This document shows positions 63,900-64,000 of a DNA stretch of 64,000 nucleotides, piece by piece. Within the stretch, counting starts at the first letter, position 1. The number at the start of each line of letters is the position of its first letter. Source of the stretch: Verrucomicrobiales bacterium (GTDB taxonomy: Bacteria; Verrucomicrobiota; Verrucomicrobiia; Limisphaerales; UBA9464); NCBI GenBank assembly GCA_027483345.1, contig JAIXUV010000080.1, positions 1,679 to 65,678 on the forward strand, read 5' to 3'. Under the pieces are notes generated by a model. That model had not been told where the DNA came from. It made no database searches and was given only the letters and a program-made list of their open reading frames with translations. The translations under genes were made by a program, and so were the position numbers.

Positions 63900-64000
63900 G
63901 GGTCAACATCGTCCCCATTCTCTCGGCGGATGTGGAGAAGACCACGCAAGCGTTCTTCACGCCGGAGTTCGCGTCCCAAAGCTTGGGTCAAACCGGACAG
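63896..64000 (+). CDS. 5' end of a further coupled ORF, truncated by the window
   Basis: The ATG at 63896 overlaps the stop of the previous gene. The reading MRVNIVPILSADVEKTTQAFF stays open to the window end. Confidence 0.3.
   Translation, partial: MRVNIVPILSADVEKTTQAFFTPEFASQSLGQTGQ

Noticed and set aside
1-64000. Integrase, transposase or att sites that would define an integrated element
   Set aside because: No tyrosine- or serine-recombinase or DDE-transposase-like ORF was recognised, and no tRNA gene is present. Whether the element is integrated or a free plasmid cannot be decided from this window.

Overview
This 64-kb window is high-GC bacterial DNA, roughly 55-63 % GC by spot counts on single 60-nt lines. 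Three lower-GC patches sit at about 7.9-11.2 kb, 16.2-17.0 kb and 27.4-33.8 kb. It reads as plasmid/ICE-type mobile DNA rather than core chromosome. The backbone has a ParA + RHH partition pair, a GGCCAA iteron field and a two-wHTH Rep-like gene (17.0-19.9 kb). It also has a MOBF relaxase-helicase, MobC and a coupling protein (52.9-57.3 kb), but no mating-pore genes are visible in the window. The cargo is mostly defence and anti-defence genes: an AbiE toxin-antitoxin pair, NADAR, RadC, a 1643-aa methylase-helicase fusion, an orphan C5-methyltransferase, a DUF5131 (gp37/gp68) protein and DUF488. The centrepiece is a ~20-kb run of ten translationally coupled minus-strand genes (47904 -> 27616). 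These combine Ssp-type phosphorothioate (PT) writer genes (DUF4007 / large ATPase / short PAPS-reductase) with a DndFGH(DptFGH)-like restriction trio and an SBD-HNH PT-reader nuclease. A cysteine desulfurase and two paralogous STAND-like P-loop proteins of unknown role follow, and a dnd-associated methyltransferase lies divergently at 25146-27419. I consider this hybrid, and especially its low-GC tail (27.6-33.8 kb), the best candidate for an undescribed system. I recognised no tRNA, rRNA, CRISPR array, integrase or transposase. All functional calls come from motif and architecture recognition by eye. No database search, HMM or structure prediction was run, so family names are hypotheses to confirm.
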